From assembly GCA_035548815.1 (NCBI GenBank), contig DASZSF010000005.1, forward strand, positions 182,177 to 246,176: a stretch of DNA of 64,000 bases, read 5' to 3'. Numbering within the stretch: position 1 is the stretch's first letter; each line of letters starts with the position of its first letter. The notes below the pieces were generated by a model, which saw only the letters and a program-made list of their open reading frames with translations, had not been told where the DNA came from and searched no databases. Below, one piece after another: positions 63,714-64,000 of this stretch. Position numbers and translations under genes: made by a program. Source of the DNA: Minisyncoccota bacterium (GTDB lineage: Bacteria > Patescibacteriota > Minisyncoccia > Phycocordibacterales > SBAW01).

Positions 63714-64000
63714 ATGAACGAAGTGTTGCACGCAAATATTTTCTTTTTCATCGCATCGCTTGCAACTATTGCTATTGCGGCAGCTATTCTTGTTGCGCTC
63801 TACTACATCATCCAAATTTTGCGGCATGTGCGCGACATCTCAGCCAAGTTGAATCGTGCAAGCCAAGAGCTTGAGCGCGACTTTAACGACCTGCGCGGCG
63901 TATTAAAAAACGAAGGAAATAAGGTTCGCGGCATCGTGGATGTTGCACTGGGGTTTATATCAACGTTTGCAATCAGAAAGAAAGCGGCTCCGCGAAAGCA
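63714..64000 (+). CDS. Membrane-anchored coiled-coil protein, 3' partial
   Basis: MNEVLHANIFFFIASLATIAIAAAILVALYYIIQILRHVRDIS...; ATG 6 nt after TATACT; open to window end. Confidence 0.7.
   Translation, partial: MNEVLHANIFFFIASLATIAIAAAILVALYYIIQILRHVRDISAKLNRASQELERDFNDLRGVLKNEGNKVRGIVDVALGFISTFAIRKKAAPRK

Noticed and set aside
1-64000. TGA recoding (genetic code 25 or 4)
   Set aside because: TGA ends genes at natural positions (30014, 31412, 55046, 61853) and conserved genes have no internal TGA.
1-64000. CRISPR array, prophage, integron or IS element
   Set aside because: No regularly spaced repeats, integrase, transposase or phage structural genes recognised; cassette ends show no attC-like pattern that I could see.

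Overview
Chromosomal segment of a streamlined bacterium, most likely CPR/Patescibacteria (Parcubacteria-like). This is inferred from short IF-2, ValRS and RelA, TrbC/VirB2-type pilin clusters, dprA-topA, the hisS-like/lepB/pth block and almost no metabolic pathways. Genetic code 11. The window is mostly housekeeping genes (murJ, lepA, valS, tsaD, trxB, ftsZ/ftsA, rpsU, rpsA, gyrA, infB, clpB, miaA, parB, relA/spoT, topA, dprA, serS, dus) with 13 canonical tRNAs and one aberrant tRNA-like element. No CRISPR array, rRNA, integrase or transposase was seen. Main unexplained structure: (1) several families of palindromic elements, some apparently inserted in frame in essential genes (infB, parB, lepA, dus, valS twice), with conserved loops but different stem sequences; (2) two pilin paralogs with near-identical N-termini and different predicted cell-wall-hydrolase C-termini plus candidate immunity genes, resembling a polymorphic pilin-effector system; (3) a pervasive leaderless layout (TAnnnT 6-8 nt before the start codon) contrasting with self-contained TTGACA/SD/terminator orphan cassettes, many next to tRNAs. 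All calls are by-eye motif recognition; no database searches or folding programs were run.
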